This document shows positions 9,972 to 20,024 of a DNA stretch of 64,000 nt, piece after piece (position 1 is the stretch's first letter; the number at the start of each line of letters is the position of its first letter). A model generated the notes under the pieces. It did no database searches. It was not told the DNA's origin and worked only from the letters and a program-made list of their open reading frames with translations. Position numbers and translations under genes: made by a program. Source of the stretch: Vulcanimicrobiota bacterium (lineage in GTDB: Bacteria; Vulcanimicrobiota; Vulcanimicrobiia; Vulcanimicrobiales; Vulcanimicrobiaceae); contig CAWGBN010000007.1 of NCBI GenBank assembly GCA_963820825.1, positions 256,001-320,000 of the forward strand. The letters are read 5' to 3'.

Positions 9972-10826
9972 GTGCCTGCCCTGATTCTCGACGGAAGAAC
10001 GCTCGCCGCCGACTTGCGCACCGAACTCGTCGCTCGTACGAGCGCGCTGCGCGCTGCGGGCGTTCACCCCAAACTCGTCGTGGTCTTCGTCGGCGAGAAC
10101 GAATCGAGCCTCGCCTACATCCGCAATCTCGAACGAATGGGCGAGCGGGTCGGGATTGCCGTCGAGGTCGACTGCCTGGCCGAAAGTGCGCCGGCTTCGG
10201 AGATCCGCGAACGTTTGGAGTTGCTGCACGGCGACGCGCGCGTGCACGGCGTGATGCTGCAACAGCCCTTGCCGCCGCACCTCGCGATACGCGAGATCGC
10301 CGACGCCATTCCACCGCACAAAGACGTCGACGGCGCGCATCCGACGAATCAAGGTCATCTCGCGTTCGGCAGCGGCACGGAGTACGTACCCGCCACGCCG
10401 GCCGCGGTAATGCTCCTGCTCGAGCGCAGCCCGCACTGGCCGCTGCGCGGACGTCGCGCCGTCATGATCGGCCGCTCGATCGTCGTGGGCGCACCGGTCG
10501 CGATGCTGATGCTCGCGCAAGATGCAACCGTCACGATCCTTCACAAAGAATCGGCGAGCTTACAGCCCTACGTCAAAATGGCCGAGATCGTCGTGGTCGC
10601 GGCGGGAGTGCCGGGATTGATACGCGGCGACGACATCGCGCCCGGCACAACGGTCATCGACGTCGGCACCACGCTCGTCGACGGCGTCCTCAAAGGCGAC
10701 GTGCACTTTACCAGCGCGGCCGAGGTTGCCGGAGCGATCACACCGGTTCCGGGAGGCGTCGGACCGGTTACCAATGTTGCGCTCCTGCGCAACGTCGTCA
10801 AGGCCGCCGAACGCGCAGGTTGGTAG
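9972..10826 (+). CDS. folD: Methylenetetrahydrofolate dehydrogenase/cyclohydrolase family protein
   Basis: HGVMLQQPLP, KDVDG, PATP, IDVG, ITPVPGGVGPVT. Confidence 0.9.
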   Translation: MPALILDGRTLAADLRTELVARTSALRAAGVHPKLVVVFVGENESSLAYIRNLERMGERVGIAVEVDCLAESAPASEIRERLELLHGDARVHGVMLQQPLPPHLAIREIADAIPPHKDVDGAHPTNQGHLAFGSGTEYVPATPAAVMLLLERSPHWPLRGRRAVMIGRSIVVGAPVAMLMLAQDATVTILHKESASLQPYVKMAEIVVVAAGVPGLIRGDDIAPGTTVIDVGTTLVDGVLKGDVHFTSAAEVAGAITPVPGGVGPVTNVALLRNVVKAAERAGW

Positions 10827-10851
10827 TCGCGCTGCGCCCAAAGCGAGTCGG

Positions 10852-11427
10852 GTGATCTCCGAGGAGCGGCTGCGCGAACTCGACGCAGTGCACCCACCGC
10901 CGCACCCTTTGCTGATCGAACTCGAGACGCGCAGCGTGCACGCCGGCGTCCCGCTCGTTTCGCGCATCACCGGTCGCTTCTTGGCGACGATCGTGACCGC
11001 GATGCAGGCAAACCGCATTTTGGAGGTCGGAACCGGATACGGATACTCGACCCTCTGGATGGCGCTCGCGCAGCCCAGCGCCGGCCGGATCTGGACGATC
11101 GATCCGGACGCCTCGCGCACCGACGTCGCTCGCTTCTACTTCTCGCAAGCGGCCGAAGACGATAACATCGAGGTCTTCAATACACCCGCGCTGGAGTTGC
11201 TCGAGAACTTTCCGCACCGCAATCTCGACGTCGTCTTCGTTGCCGCGAACAAGCGCGAATATCCCGACTATCTCGAGCTCGTGATTCCGATGCTCAAGCT
11301 CTCGGGAGTCGTCATCTTCGACGATTCTCTGGCGATGCCCGAGTTTGCGCACCGGTTTCTCAATCACCCGGCACTCGACGCGACGGTTCTTCCGCTCGGC
11401 ATCGGTATCGGTGCGCGGCGCCAATGA
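10852..11427 (+). CDS. Class I SAM-dependent O-methyltransferase
   Basis: RILEVGTGYGYSTLWMA motif. Confidence 0.85.
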   Translation: MISEERLRELDAVHPPPHPLLIELETRSVHAGVPLVSRITGRFLATIVTAMQANRILEVGTGYGYSTLWMALAQPSAGRIWTIDPDASRTDVARFYFSQAAEDDNIEVFNTPALELLENFPHRNLDVVFVAANKREYPDYLELVIPMLKLSGVVIFDDSLAMPEFAHRFLNHPALDATVLPLGIGIGARRQ

Positions 11428-11906
11428 CCAGCGCCGAGGCGTTCCGCCACGCGATGCGGCGCGTTCCGACCGGGGTCACCGTTGTGACGACGCTCAAGGA
11501 GGGCGAGCCACGCGGCATCACCGTCAACGCCTTTGCCAGCGTCTCGCTCGACCCGCCCTCGCTGCTGATCTGCGTCAACCGTGAGGCGCGCAGCTACCTC
11601 TTCATATCGAGCTCGCGGATCTTCTGCGTCAACGTGCTCGCCGGGGATCAGCGCCGGCTCGCCGAGCATTTTTCCGGAAAGGTGCGCGACCGCCAGTTTG
11701 CCGAGATCGGCTACACGGTCGACGCGACCGGCGCGCCGGTCTTAAACGGAGCGATCGCACACTTCGATTGCGAGCTCGCCGGCGAACATCACATCGGTTC
11801 GCACTCGATTCTCGTCGGGACCGTGATTTCGTGCAACGCGCGCCCCGGCTCGCCGCTGGGGTACTTCAACGGCGGCTTTCACGACTTCGGCATTCAGATC
11901 GAGTAG
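11424..11906 (+). CDS. Flavin reductase family protein
   Basis: FRHAMRRVPTGVTVVT, SVSLDPP, GSHSILVG. Confidence 0.9.
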   Translation: MTSAEAFRHAMRRVPTGVTVVTTLKEGEPRGITVNAFASVSLDPPSLLICVNREARSYLFISSSRIFCVNVLAGDQRRLAEHFSGKVRDRQFAEIGYTVDATGAPVLNGAIAHFDCELAGEHHIGSHSILVGTVISCNARPGSPLGYFNGGFHDFGIQIE

Positions 11907-11913
11907 GTGAACC

Positions 11914-12552
11914 TTGATCGTTGAGACGTTTCCCGTCGGGCCGTTGGCGTGTAACTGCACGATCTTCGCCGACGAAGCGACGAACGAGGCGATCGTCGTC
12001 GATGGGGGCGATGGCGTCGACGACGTTGCCGCTCGGCTCAAGCGTAACGGCTGGCGCGCGAAATTCTTGCTTCATACCCACGCGCACATCGACCACATCG
12101 GCGATCTCGGGCGGTTGCGCGAGCTCACCGGCGCGGCCGGCTTGCTTCATCCCGACGATCTGCCGCTCTATCGCGCCCTCCCGATGCAATCGCTCATGCT
12201 CGGCCTCCCGCAAGCGCCGGCGGTCGTCGCGCTCGACGGCGAGCTGCGCGACGGCGATCTCATCGAGGTGGGCGGCGTCCGTGGCCGAGTGCTCCACACG
12301 CCGGGACACACGCCGGGCAGCGTCTGCTTCGAAATCGGGGGCGAGAGACCGGTGCTGCTTACCGGCGACACGCTCTTCGCCGGCTCGATCGGGCGCTGGG
12401 ATCTCGGCGGCACGTCCATGGAGGATATCGTCGACTCGATTCACCGCAAGCTGCTGCCGTACGACGATGCGACGCCGGTCGTTCCCGGACACGGACCCTC
12501 TACGACGATCGGAATCGAGCGCCGTACGAACCCCTATCTCGTCAATGGCTGA
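11914..12552 (+). CDS. MBL-fold metallo-hydrolase (glyoxalase II-like)
   Basis: THAHIDH, HTPGHTPG, TGDTLF, PGHG. Confidence 0.9.
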   Translation: MIVETFPVGPLACNCTIFADEATNEAIVVDGGDGVDDVAARLKRNGWRAKFLLHTHAHIDHIGDLGRLRELTGAAGLLHPDDLPLYRALPMQSLMLGLPQAPAVVALDGELRDGDLIEVGGVRGRVLHTPGHTPGSVCFEIGGERPVLLTGDTLFAGSIGRWDLGGTSMEDIVDSIHRKLLPYDDATPVVPGHGPSTTIGIERRTNPYLVNG

Positions 12553-13123
12553 AAGGGCTTCGCGCAAGCGGCGGCTCTTCGTTGGAATCGATCTGGACGA
12601 ATCGGCGCGCGTGGCTTGCGCGGCGCTCTCCGGCGAGCTGCGCCGAACCGGATTCGACGCGCGCTATGACGCGCCTGAGAAACTGCACGTAACGCTGGCG
12701 TTCTTGGGCTTCGTCGAGCCGTCGCGCTGCGACGCGATCGCGGAGAGCCTTGCCACGGTCGCGGCCGGCGCGGCGCCGCTGACCGTTTCGCTCGACCGGC
12801 TCGGGGCCTTTCCGCACGAGCGAAAGCCGCGCATCGTCTACATCGGCGCGCGCGAGCAAGGTGCGGCGTTTCGCACCCTCGCCAGCCGAGTCCGCGCCGA
12901 ATACGCAAGCCTCGGTTTCGACTTCCGCAACGACCCCGTCGCCCACGTCACCATCGCGCGCGTCAAGGAGCGCAGCAGACCGCTTCCACTCATTGAGTTT
13001 GCACCCGTCGCGCTCGAGGTTCGAGAACTCGCGCTCTTCGAATCGCTCCCCGACCCCGCGAACGACACCTCCCGCTACGAGATCCTAACCCGGGCACCAC
13101 TCGCATCTATACCGTCGGGCTAG
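12545..13123 (+). CDS. thpR: RNA 2',3'-cyclic phosphodiesterase (2H family)
   Basis: RLFVGI start, two HxT motifs (LHVTL, AHVTI). Confidence 0.85.
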   Translation: MAERASRKRRLFVGIDLDESARVACAALSGELRRTGFDARYDAPEKLHVTLAFLGFVEPSRCDAIAESLATVAAGAAPLTVSLDRLGAFPHERKPRIVYIGAREQGAAFRTLASRVRAEYASLGFDFRNDPVAHVTIARVKERSRPLPLIEFAPVALEVRELALFESLPDPANDTSRYEILTRAPLASIPSG

Positions 13124-13620
13124 TGCAAGTTGATAGTGAGCTTGCCGCCGCCCGCGCCGTTGGAAGCAGACGCCGCAACGGCGGGCTCCGCTTTCGCCGG
13201 CGCTTCGCCGGCAGGACGCGCCATCGCCGCGTAGTCGGGTACTTTGCCCGAAGCGACTCTCTCGCGATAATCGTCGATCGCGACGTGGAGCGCCTCGAGG
13301 GCGCGTTCGGGATAATCCTTCTTCTTCTCGGGGTAGCCGTCGAGTTCGCGCTCGATGTCGCCGCTGGTAATCGCGGCCGCTTCGTCGATCGTCTTTCCCC
13401 TGGCAAGGTTTACGACCAGGCTGCACGTCGCCGTGCCGAAGCCGCAGCCCGTGGTAAAGTACGAGATGTCCTCGATCACCGCGGCCGGGCCGACCTTCAA
13501 GAAAAAGTTATACATGTCGCCGCACGAGTCGCTGAAATACTCGCCGCTTGCCGTCGGGTTCTCCATCGTCCGGAACCCGCTGCGCTCTTCGACCAATCGT
13601 TGAAACTTCGGAAAATCCAT
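13120..13620 (-). CDS. NifU_N/IscU-like Fe-S scaffold homolog, atypical
   Basis: SCGD and TGCG motifs, GKTIDEA; third Cys site replaced (see findings). Confidence 0.8.
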   Translation of the reverse strand: MDFPKFQRLVEERSGFRTMENPTASGEYFSDSCGDMYNFFLKVGPAAVIEDISYFTTGCGFGTATCSLVVNLARGKTIDEAAAITSGDIERELDGYPEKKKDYPERALEALHVAIDDYRERVASGKVPDYAAMARPAGEAPAKAEPAVAASASNGAGGGKLTINLH

Positions 13621-13625
13621 TACGT

Positions 13626-14267
13626 TTAAATAACTTTCTGTTCGGGATGAAGCTCGAAGCGGCACTCTTTTCCGCCGTGCGCGAGCGATTCGGTCTGCGC
13701 GTGCTCTCCGCCGAGCGTCTCGTCGATCACGTGGTGGATTACTTGGCAGACCTCGGGGTGCTCCTTCGCGGCACTCGAGTACGGGCAGCTGTGTTCGTGC
13801 AGGGCGAAGCCGCCGTCGATCAAACTGTACTCCGCGACGACGCCGCTTTTGCGAAGCATCTCGGTGAGCTGCGCGACCTTCTCTTCGGCCTCGGTCGCCG
13901 TCACCGAGAGACGCGCGCGCTCGACGGCACGCCGCGATAGCCCCTCGAAGACCTGCTCGACGCCGGCGGAGCCGAACTGCGAGCGCAGCTCGCGCAATAC
14001 GGCGGTGAGCATCTTGTCGTAAGCCTGCGGAAAGAGCTTGTCGGCGTCGGCCGTCAGCGAAAACTCGTAGGTCGGCTTGGTCGGGCCGCGCCGGACCGGC
14101 GTCTCAGCGACGAGGCCGTCGCGCTCGAGCACCACGAGCTGCTGGCGCACCGCGTTGGGCGAGAGCCCGAACGACCGAGCCAGATCGGTGGCGGAAGCCG
14201 AGCCTCGGCGGCGCAGCTCGCTCACGATCTTGCCTCGGGTCGTCTGAAAAAAGCGGTCGGCGTGCAT
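13626..14267 (-). CDS. sufR: SufR-like HTH transcriptional regulator
   Basis: N-terminal HTH (LSPNAVRQQLVVLERDGLV), three C-terminal Cys (HSCPY, EVCQ, KECRF); divergent from sufC. Confidence 0.75.
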   Translation of the reverse strand: MHADRFFQTTRGKIVSELRRRGSASATDLARSFGLSPNAVRQQLVVLERDGLVAETPVRRGPTKPTYEFSLTADADKLFPQAYDKMLTAVLRELRSQFGSAGVEQVFEGLSRRAVERARLSVTATEAEEKVAQLTEMLRKSGVVAEYSLIDGGFALHEHSCPYSSAAKEHPEVCQVIHHVIDETLGGEHAQTESLAHGGKECRFELHPEQKVI

Positions 14268-14278
14268 CTATGGACGCT

Positions 14279-14346
14279 ATCCTAGCACGGGGAGCGCGAG
14301 ATAGTAAAGTTTTTCCTTGACTTTCTAAGAGAGCCTCGGCTACCAT
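14279..14346. promoter_or_regulatory. Back-to-back sigma70-type promoters with an inverted repeat over both -35 boxes
   Basis: Plus strand: TTGACT(14317)-18-TACCAT(14341). Minus strand: TTTACT-18-TAGGAT with TG extension. AAAGT-N9-ACTTT at 14306-14324. Confidence 0.55.
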
Positions 14347-14353
14347 AAATCGC

Positions 14354-15119
<766 letters not shown>

Positions 15120-15127
<8 letters not shown>

Positions 15128-16319
15128 CGCGCTCACCTCGCCCCCGGCGCAGACGCACGAGCTCTACGCGCGGCTCGCCGCGCTCGATGAAACGCTGGTC
15201 GACGCACGAGCGCGAGCCGACGCACTCGATCGTTTCTTCGCGCTGCCGAGCGGTCGTGAAAAGCCCGGACGCTTTTGGCGCGTCGATTTCGAATCGATCG
15301 TTCCCGAAGCCACGGCGACCGACCCCGCTGCGGCCGAGATCGGCGTCGAGTATCGCGATGCGGCCGTCATTGCCTGCGATCTCGCGACCGCCGCACGCAA
15401 GTATCCCGAACTCCTCGCCCGCGCCTTCGGCACGAGCGGAATCGCCGCGAGCAAGTTCGGTGCGCTCGCGTACGCCTTTGCCGGACGCGGGATCTTCGTG
15501 TACGTTCCGGCCGACCACGCCTGCGACGAACCGATCGTCGCGCGCTACCACGCGCCGGCCGGCGTCGCGATCTTTCCCTGGAGCGTCGTGCTCGCGGAAC
15601 GCGGGGCGCGGATCACGTTCGTCGAGCGAATCACCGCCGACGCCGGCGCCTTCGTCTGCGGGGCAACCGAGATCGTCGGCGCGGAGCACTCCGACGTCAC
15701 CTGCGCGGTGCTGCAAGATGCACATTCGGAGGCGCGCGTGATTGTAAACCGCGTCGCCCGCCCCGGCCGCGACGCGCGAATCGCGTGGTGCATCGCCGAG
15801 CTCGGAGGCGCGCTTGCCGCCGGCGATCTGCGCGTCTCGATCGAAGAACCGGGCGCGGACGCGCGCGCGACGGCGCTCTTCTTCCCGCGCGGAACGCAGC
15901 ACGTCGACGTGATCAGCAGCATGGATCACCTGGCGGGCGAAGCGACTTCGGAGACGCTGGTCAAATCGGCCGCCCGCGAGCGCGGCCAAGCGCGATTCCT
16001 CGGAAATATCCGCATCGCGCCGCACGCACAGGGCAGCGACGCGCGCCTGCGCGACGACGCGCTGCTGCTCTCGGCGACCGCGCACGTCGACTCGATTCCG
16101 GCGCTGGAGATCGGCGCGAATGACGTGAAGGCCTACCACGGCGCCACGGTCGGAGCGATCGACGCCGAGCAAATCTTCTACATGGAGAGCCGCGGCATCG
16201 AACGCGCCGCTGCCGAAGAGATGATCGCGCTGGGATTCTTCGAGCCGGCGATCGAACGCTTTCCGACGAGCGGCCTTCGCGACGAAATTCGCGCCGCGCT
16301 TGCGGCAAAGCTCGCCTGA
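15120..16319 (+). CDS. sufD: Fe-S cluster assembly protein SufD
   Basis: LLLSATAHVDSIPALEI...DVKAYHGATVG...FYMESRGI; lacks SufB hallmark motifs. Confidence 0.8.
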
Positions 16320-17560
16320 TGCTGGCCATCGACCGCAAGACCGAACGGATCGTTGCGGATTTTCCCATCCTCGCGCGGCCCACGTCGCGCGGAAAACGCC
16401 TCGTCTATCTCGACTCGGCGGCGACCTCGCAAAAACCCCGCGTCGTCATTCAAGCGCTGGTCGATTACTACGAACAGTACAATGCCAACATTCATCGCGG
16501 CGTCTACGAAATCGCCGCGCGCGCAACCGCCGAGTTCGAAGCGGCCCGGGTGAAGGTCGCGGGCTTTATCGGCGCTGAGGTTCCGGAGATCGTTTGGGTC
16601 CGCAATACCACCGAAGCGATCAATCTCGTCGCCTATTCGTGGGGTAATACCAATATTCGCCGGGGCGACGCGATTCTGCTCACCGAGCTCGAGCATCACT
16701 CCGATCTGGTGCCCTGGCAACTGCTGTCGCAGCGCACCGGCGCCGAGCTGCGCTTCATTCCCGTCGACGACCGCGGGCTGTACGTGCTCGACGACCTCGA
16801 CGCGCTGCTCGACGGCTGCAGGCTCGTCGCCTGCGCGCACGTCAGCAACACCCTCGGCACGATTATGCCGCTCGAGACGATCGTGCCGCGCGCGCACGCC
16901 GCCGGCGCGGTCGTATTGGTCGACGGCGCCCAAGGTGCGCCGCACCTGCCGGTCGACGTGAAAGCACTCGACGTGGATTTTTATACCTTTAGCGGACACA
17001 AGATGCTGGGACCGACGGGCATCGGCGCGCTCTACGGAAAGCACGCGCTGCTCGAAGCGATGCCGCCCTTCTTCTCAGGCGGCGACATGATTCGCCGAGT
17101 CGAGTACGATCGAACGACGTTCAACGATCCGCCGAGACGGTTTGAGGCCGGAACGAGCAACATCGCCGATGCGATCGCCTTCGGCGTCGCCATCGAGTAC
17201 CTCGAAGGCGTCGGCATGGATTGGGTTCGCGACCACGAGCGCCGGCTGACCGCATACGCGCTCGAGCGGCTCGCGCAGTTCGAATCGCGCGGGCTAGCGA
17301 TTTACGGGCCGCGCGATCCGGAGCTGATCTCGGGCGTCATCTCCTTCAACCTCGCCGACGTCCACGCGCACGATCTTGCCTCCATCTTGGATACCGAGGG
17401 CGTCTGCATCCGTGCCGGCCATCACTGCACGATGCCGCTCATGGAGAAAATGGGCTGGGCCGCGACCGCGCGCGCGTCGTTCTACATCTACAATACCGAG
17501 GCCGATATCGACGTACTCTGCACCGGTCTCGAAAAGGCCGCGCGTCTTTTCAAGATCTAG
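16319..17560 (+). CDS. sufS: Cysteine desulfurase SufS (group II)
   Basis: YLDSAATSQKP, SGHKMLGPTG, IRAGHHC. Confidence 0.95.
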   Translation: MLAIDRKTERIVADFPILARPTSRGKRLVYLDSAATSQKPRVVIQALVDYYEQYNANIHRGVYEIAARATAEFEAARVKVAGFIGAEVPEIVWVRNTTEAINLVAYSWGNTNIRRGDAILLTELEHHSDLVPWQLLSQRTGAELRFIPVDDRGLYVLDDLDALLDGCRLVACAHVSNTLGTIMPLETIVPRAHAAGAVVLVDGAQGAPHLPVDVKALDVDFYTFSGHKMLGPTGIGALYGKHALLEAMPPFFSGGDMIRRVEYDRTTFNDPPRRFEAGTSNIADAIAFGVAIEYLEGVGMDWVRDHERRLTAYALERLAQFESRGLAIYGPRDPELISGVISFNLADVHAHDLASILDTEGVCIRAGHHCTMPLMEKMGWAATARASFYIYNTEADIDVLCTGLEKAARLFKI

Positions 17561-17571
17561 CGGCGGTCACT

Positions 17572-17961
17572 GTGGACGACTTCTACCGCGATTACATCCT
17601 CGAACACTATCGCCACCCGCACAACTTCGGAACCCTCGAGCGTCCCGACGCGGCGGCAGAGGATATCAACCCGCTCTGCGGCGATCAGATCCGCATGGAG
17701 CTCAAACTCGACGACGGCGTAGTGAGCGACGTACGCTTCTCCGGCAAAGGCTGCGCGATCAGTCAGGCCGCGGCGTCGATGCTTACCGAGCGGATCAAAG
17801 GCATGAGACTCGCCGACGTCGCCAAACTCTCCAAGGACGTCGTTCTCGAGGACGTCGGCATCGGGATTAGCCCCACGCGCATGAAGTGCGCGATGCTCGG
17901 TCTGCGCGTGCTCAAGAGCGCCGCGATCGGCGAGCTTGCCGGCTGGCCCGACGAGGAGTGA
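17572..17961 (+). CDS. sufU: SufU/IscU-family sulfur transfer/scaffold protein
   Basis: ILEHYRHPHN, NPLCGD, GCAISQA, RMKCA (three Cys). Confidence 0.85.
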   Translation: MDDFYRDYILEHYRHPHNFGTLERPDAAAEDINPLCGDQIRMELKLDDGVVSDVRFSGKGCAISQAAASMLTERIKGMRLADVAKLSKDVVLEDVGIGISPTRMKCAMLGLRVLKSAAIGELAGWPDEE

Positions 17962-18293
17962 AACCGCACGTCAAGCCGACAAGTTGGGAGGCGCTCGCGG
18001 CCGAGCCTGAGTTTCGCGCCCTCCTTCGCGCGCGCCGCCGCTTCGTAATGCCGGCAACGATCTTCTTCGTCGTCTACTATCTGGCGCTGCCGATTTCGGT
18101 AGGGTTCTGGCCGGCGGCGATGAGCCGCCCCGTTCTCGGCCCGGTGACCGCCGCTTATTGCTTCGCGCTCTCACAGTTCGCGATGGCCTGGATACTCCTC
18201 GCGCTCTACCTGCGCCGCGCGCGCCGCTTCGACATCGCTGCGGCCCAAATGCGCCGGCGCGAGACGCACGAGCTGCTCGAGGCCGAACGTTGA
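17958..18293 (+). CDS. DUF485 (YjcH-like) small membrane protein
   Basis: PEFRALLRARRRF, two TMs, YLRRARRFD; precedes actP. Confidence 0.85.
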   Translation: MKPHVKPTSWEALAAEPEFRALLRARRRFVMPATIFFVVYYLALPISVGFWPAAMSRPVLGPVTAAYCFALSQFAMAWILLALYLRRARRFDIAAAQMRRRETHELLEAER

Positions 18294-19918
18294 CCGCACA
18301 ACCCTCGCTTGCGATGTTCGCGGTCTTCGTCGGGATCACGCTGGTGGTCACGTACTGGGCATCGGGGAAGAGTCAGACGAGCCGCGGGTTCTACGCCGCG
18401 CATCGACGCATCGGCGGCCTGCAGAACGGCTGGGCTATCGCCGGCGACTACGTCTCGGCCGCATCGTTTCTCGGCATCACCGGGCTCGTTGCGTTCTACG
18501 GCTTCGACGGATTCATGTATTCGGTGGGATGGCTGGTCGCCTATCTCGCGGTCCTATTTCTGGTCGCGGAGCCGCTGCGCAATACCGGCAAATATACGGT
18601 CGCCGATCTCATGTCGTTCCGCTTGCGCGGTCGCGGCGTACGCGCGATTGCGGCGCTCTCCACCCTCGCGATCACGCTCTTCTATTTGATCGCGCAGATG
18701 GTCGGGGTGAGCGCGATCGTCAACCTGTTGCTGCCGCGCTTCGGCGACATCTTTGCGATCTTCGCGGTCGGCGTGCTGATGCTCGTCTACGTGCTCTTCG
18801 GCGGTATGCTCGCCACAACGTGGGTGCAGATCATCAAGGCCGGACTCTTGCTGCTGACGGCCATCGGCCTCTCGCTGCTCGCGGTCGGACACTTCCAGTT
18901 CTCGCTGGGCGCGTTCTTCAACGCGGCCTCAGCCGTATCGTCCGGCGGTAGCGCCGCAAATCTGCTCCAGCCCGGCCTGCTCTTTCACGGGCCGCTCGGC
19001 GCGTGGAATCTCATCTCACTCGGGCTCGCGCTCGTGCTCGGCACGGCCGGACTGCCGCACATCTTGATGCGCTTCTTTACCGTGCCGTCTGCGCGGGCCG
19101 CGCGAACCTCGGTGGCATGGGCGATGGTGCTCGTCGGCGTCTTCTATCTCACGGTGTCGTTCATGGGTCTCGGTGCCGCGACGATCGTCGGCAAGGATCA
19201 CATCGGACGCCGCCTGGATGCCGGTCCGGCGATCCGTTACATTGCAAATCACCCGCAGCAGCAGCAAGTGCTCAACACCCAGCTCAAGCGCGACGGCTAC
19301 ATCGTGCCGACGCCCGACAGCAATCTCGCCGCGCCGCTGCTCGCCCAGCAGCTCGGAGGCTCGCTGCTGGCCGCGTTCGTCGCCGCCGTCGCGTTCGCGA
19401 CGATCCTTGCCGTCGTCGCCGGACTAACCATTACGGCGTCATCGGCCTTCGCGCACGATATCTGGTTCAGCCTCGTGCGAAACGGCCACGGCGACGAGAC
19501 GGAGCATCTCTTCGTGGCGCGCGGCACCGCGCTCGTCGTTGGGGCGCTCGCCATCACGCTCTCGATCGCGCTGCGCGGATTTAACGTCGCCTTCCTGGTG
19601 GGCCTCGCCTTCGCGGTGGCGGCCAGCGCCAACGTTCCGGTGATTCTGCTCGTCCTCTCGTGGCGCCGTTTCACGCGAACCGGCGCGATTGCCGGAATGC
19701 TCGCCGGGCTCGTCTCCTCGCTGCTGCTCATCGCGATCAGCCCGGTGCTGATGGGAACTCACGCGATCTTCCCGCTCGAAAATCCCGGCATCGTCTCGAT
19801 ACCGATCGGCTTGGCCGGCGCGATACTTGGAACGCTCCTCGCCCGCGATCGCGACTCCGAAGCAATGTTCGATCAGCTGCAAGTGCGCTCGGTCACCGGC
19901 ATCGGCGCCGAGGTATAA
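18290..19918 (+). CDS. actP: Cation/acetate symporter (SSS family)
   Basis: NGWAIAGDYVSAASFLG, GGMLATTWVQIIKA, GTAGLPHILMRFFTVP. Confidence 0.9.
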   Translation: MTAQPSLAMFAVFVGITLVVTYWASGKSQTSRGFYAAHRRIGGLQNGWAIAGDYVSAASFLGITGLVAFYGFDGFMYSVGWLVAYLAVLFLVAEPLRNTGKYTVADLMSFRLRGRGVRAIAALSTLAITLFYLIAQMVGVSAIVNLLLPRFGDIFAIFAVGVLMLVYVLFGGMLATTWVQIIKAGLLLLTAIGLSLLAVGHFQFSLGAFFNAASAVSSGGSAANLLQPGLLFHGPLGAWNLISLGLALVLGTAGLPHILMRFFTVPSARAARTSVAWAMVLVGVFYLTVSFMGLGAATIVGKDHIGRRLDAGPAIRYIANHPQQQQVLNTQLKRDGYIVPTPDSNLAAPLLAQQLGGSLLAAFVAAVAFATILAVVAGLTITASSAFAHDIWFSLVRNGHGDETEHLFVARGTALVVGALAITLSIALRGFNVAFLVGLAFAVAASANVPVILLVLSWRRFTRTGAIAGMLAGLVSSLLLIAISPVLMGTHAIFPLENPGIVSIPIGLAGAILGTLLARDRDSEAMFDQLQVRSVTGIGAEV

Positions 19919-19922
19919 ACAC

Positions 19923-20024
19923 AAAAGGCTCCGATTTCGTTCAGATCGAGGGGCCGAGGGTTGAAGTTTACTAAGGTAAATGAGACCCGAGGTGACGAGG
20001 AGCTGAGCGAAATCCGAGGCTTTT
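19923..20024 (+). other. ~100-nt long hairpin with GA-rich internal loops between convergent genes
   Basis: 22-nt arms matching at 19/22, nested stems, TTTAC-taag-GTAAA apex. Confidence 0.6.
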
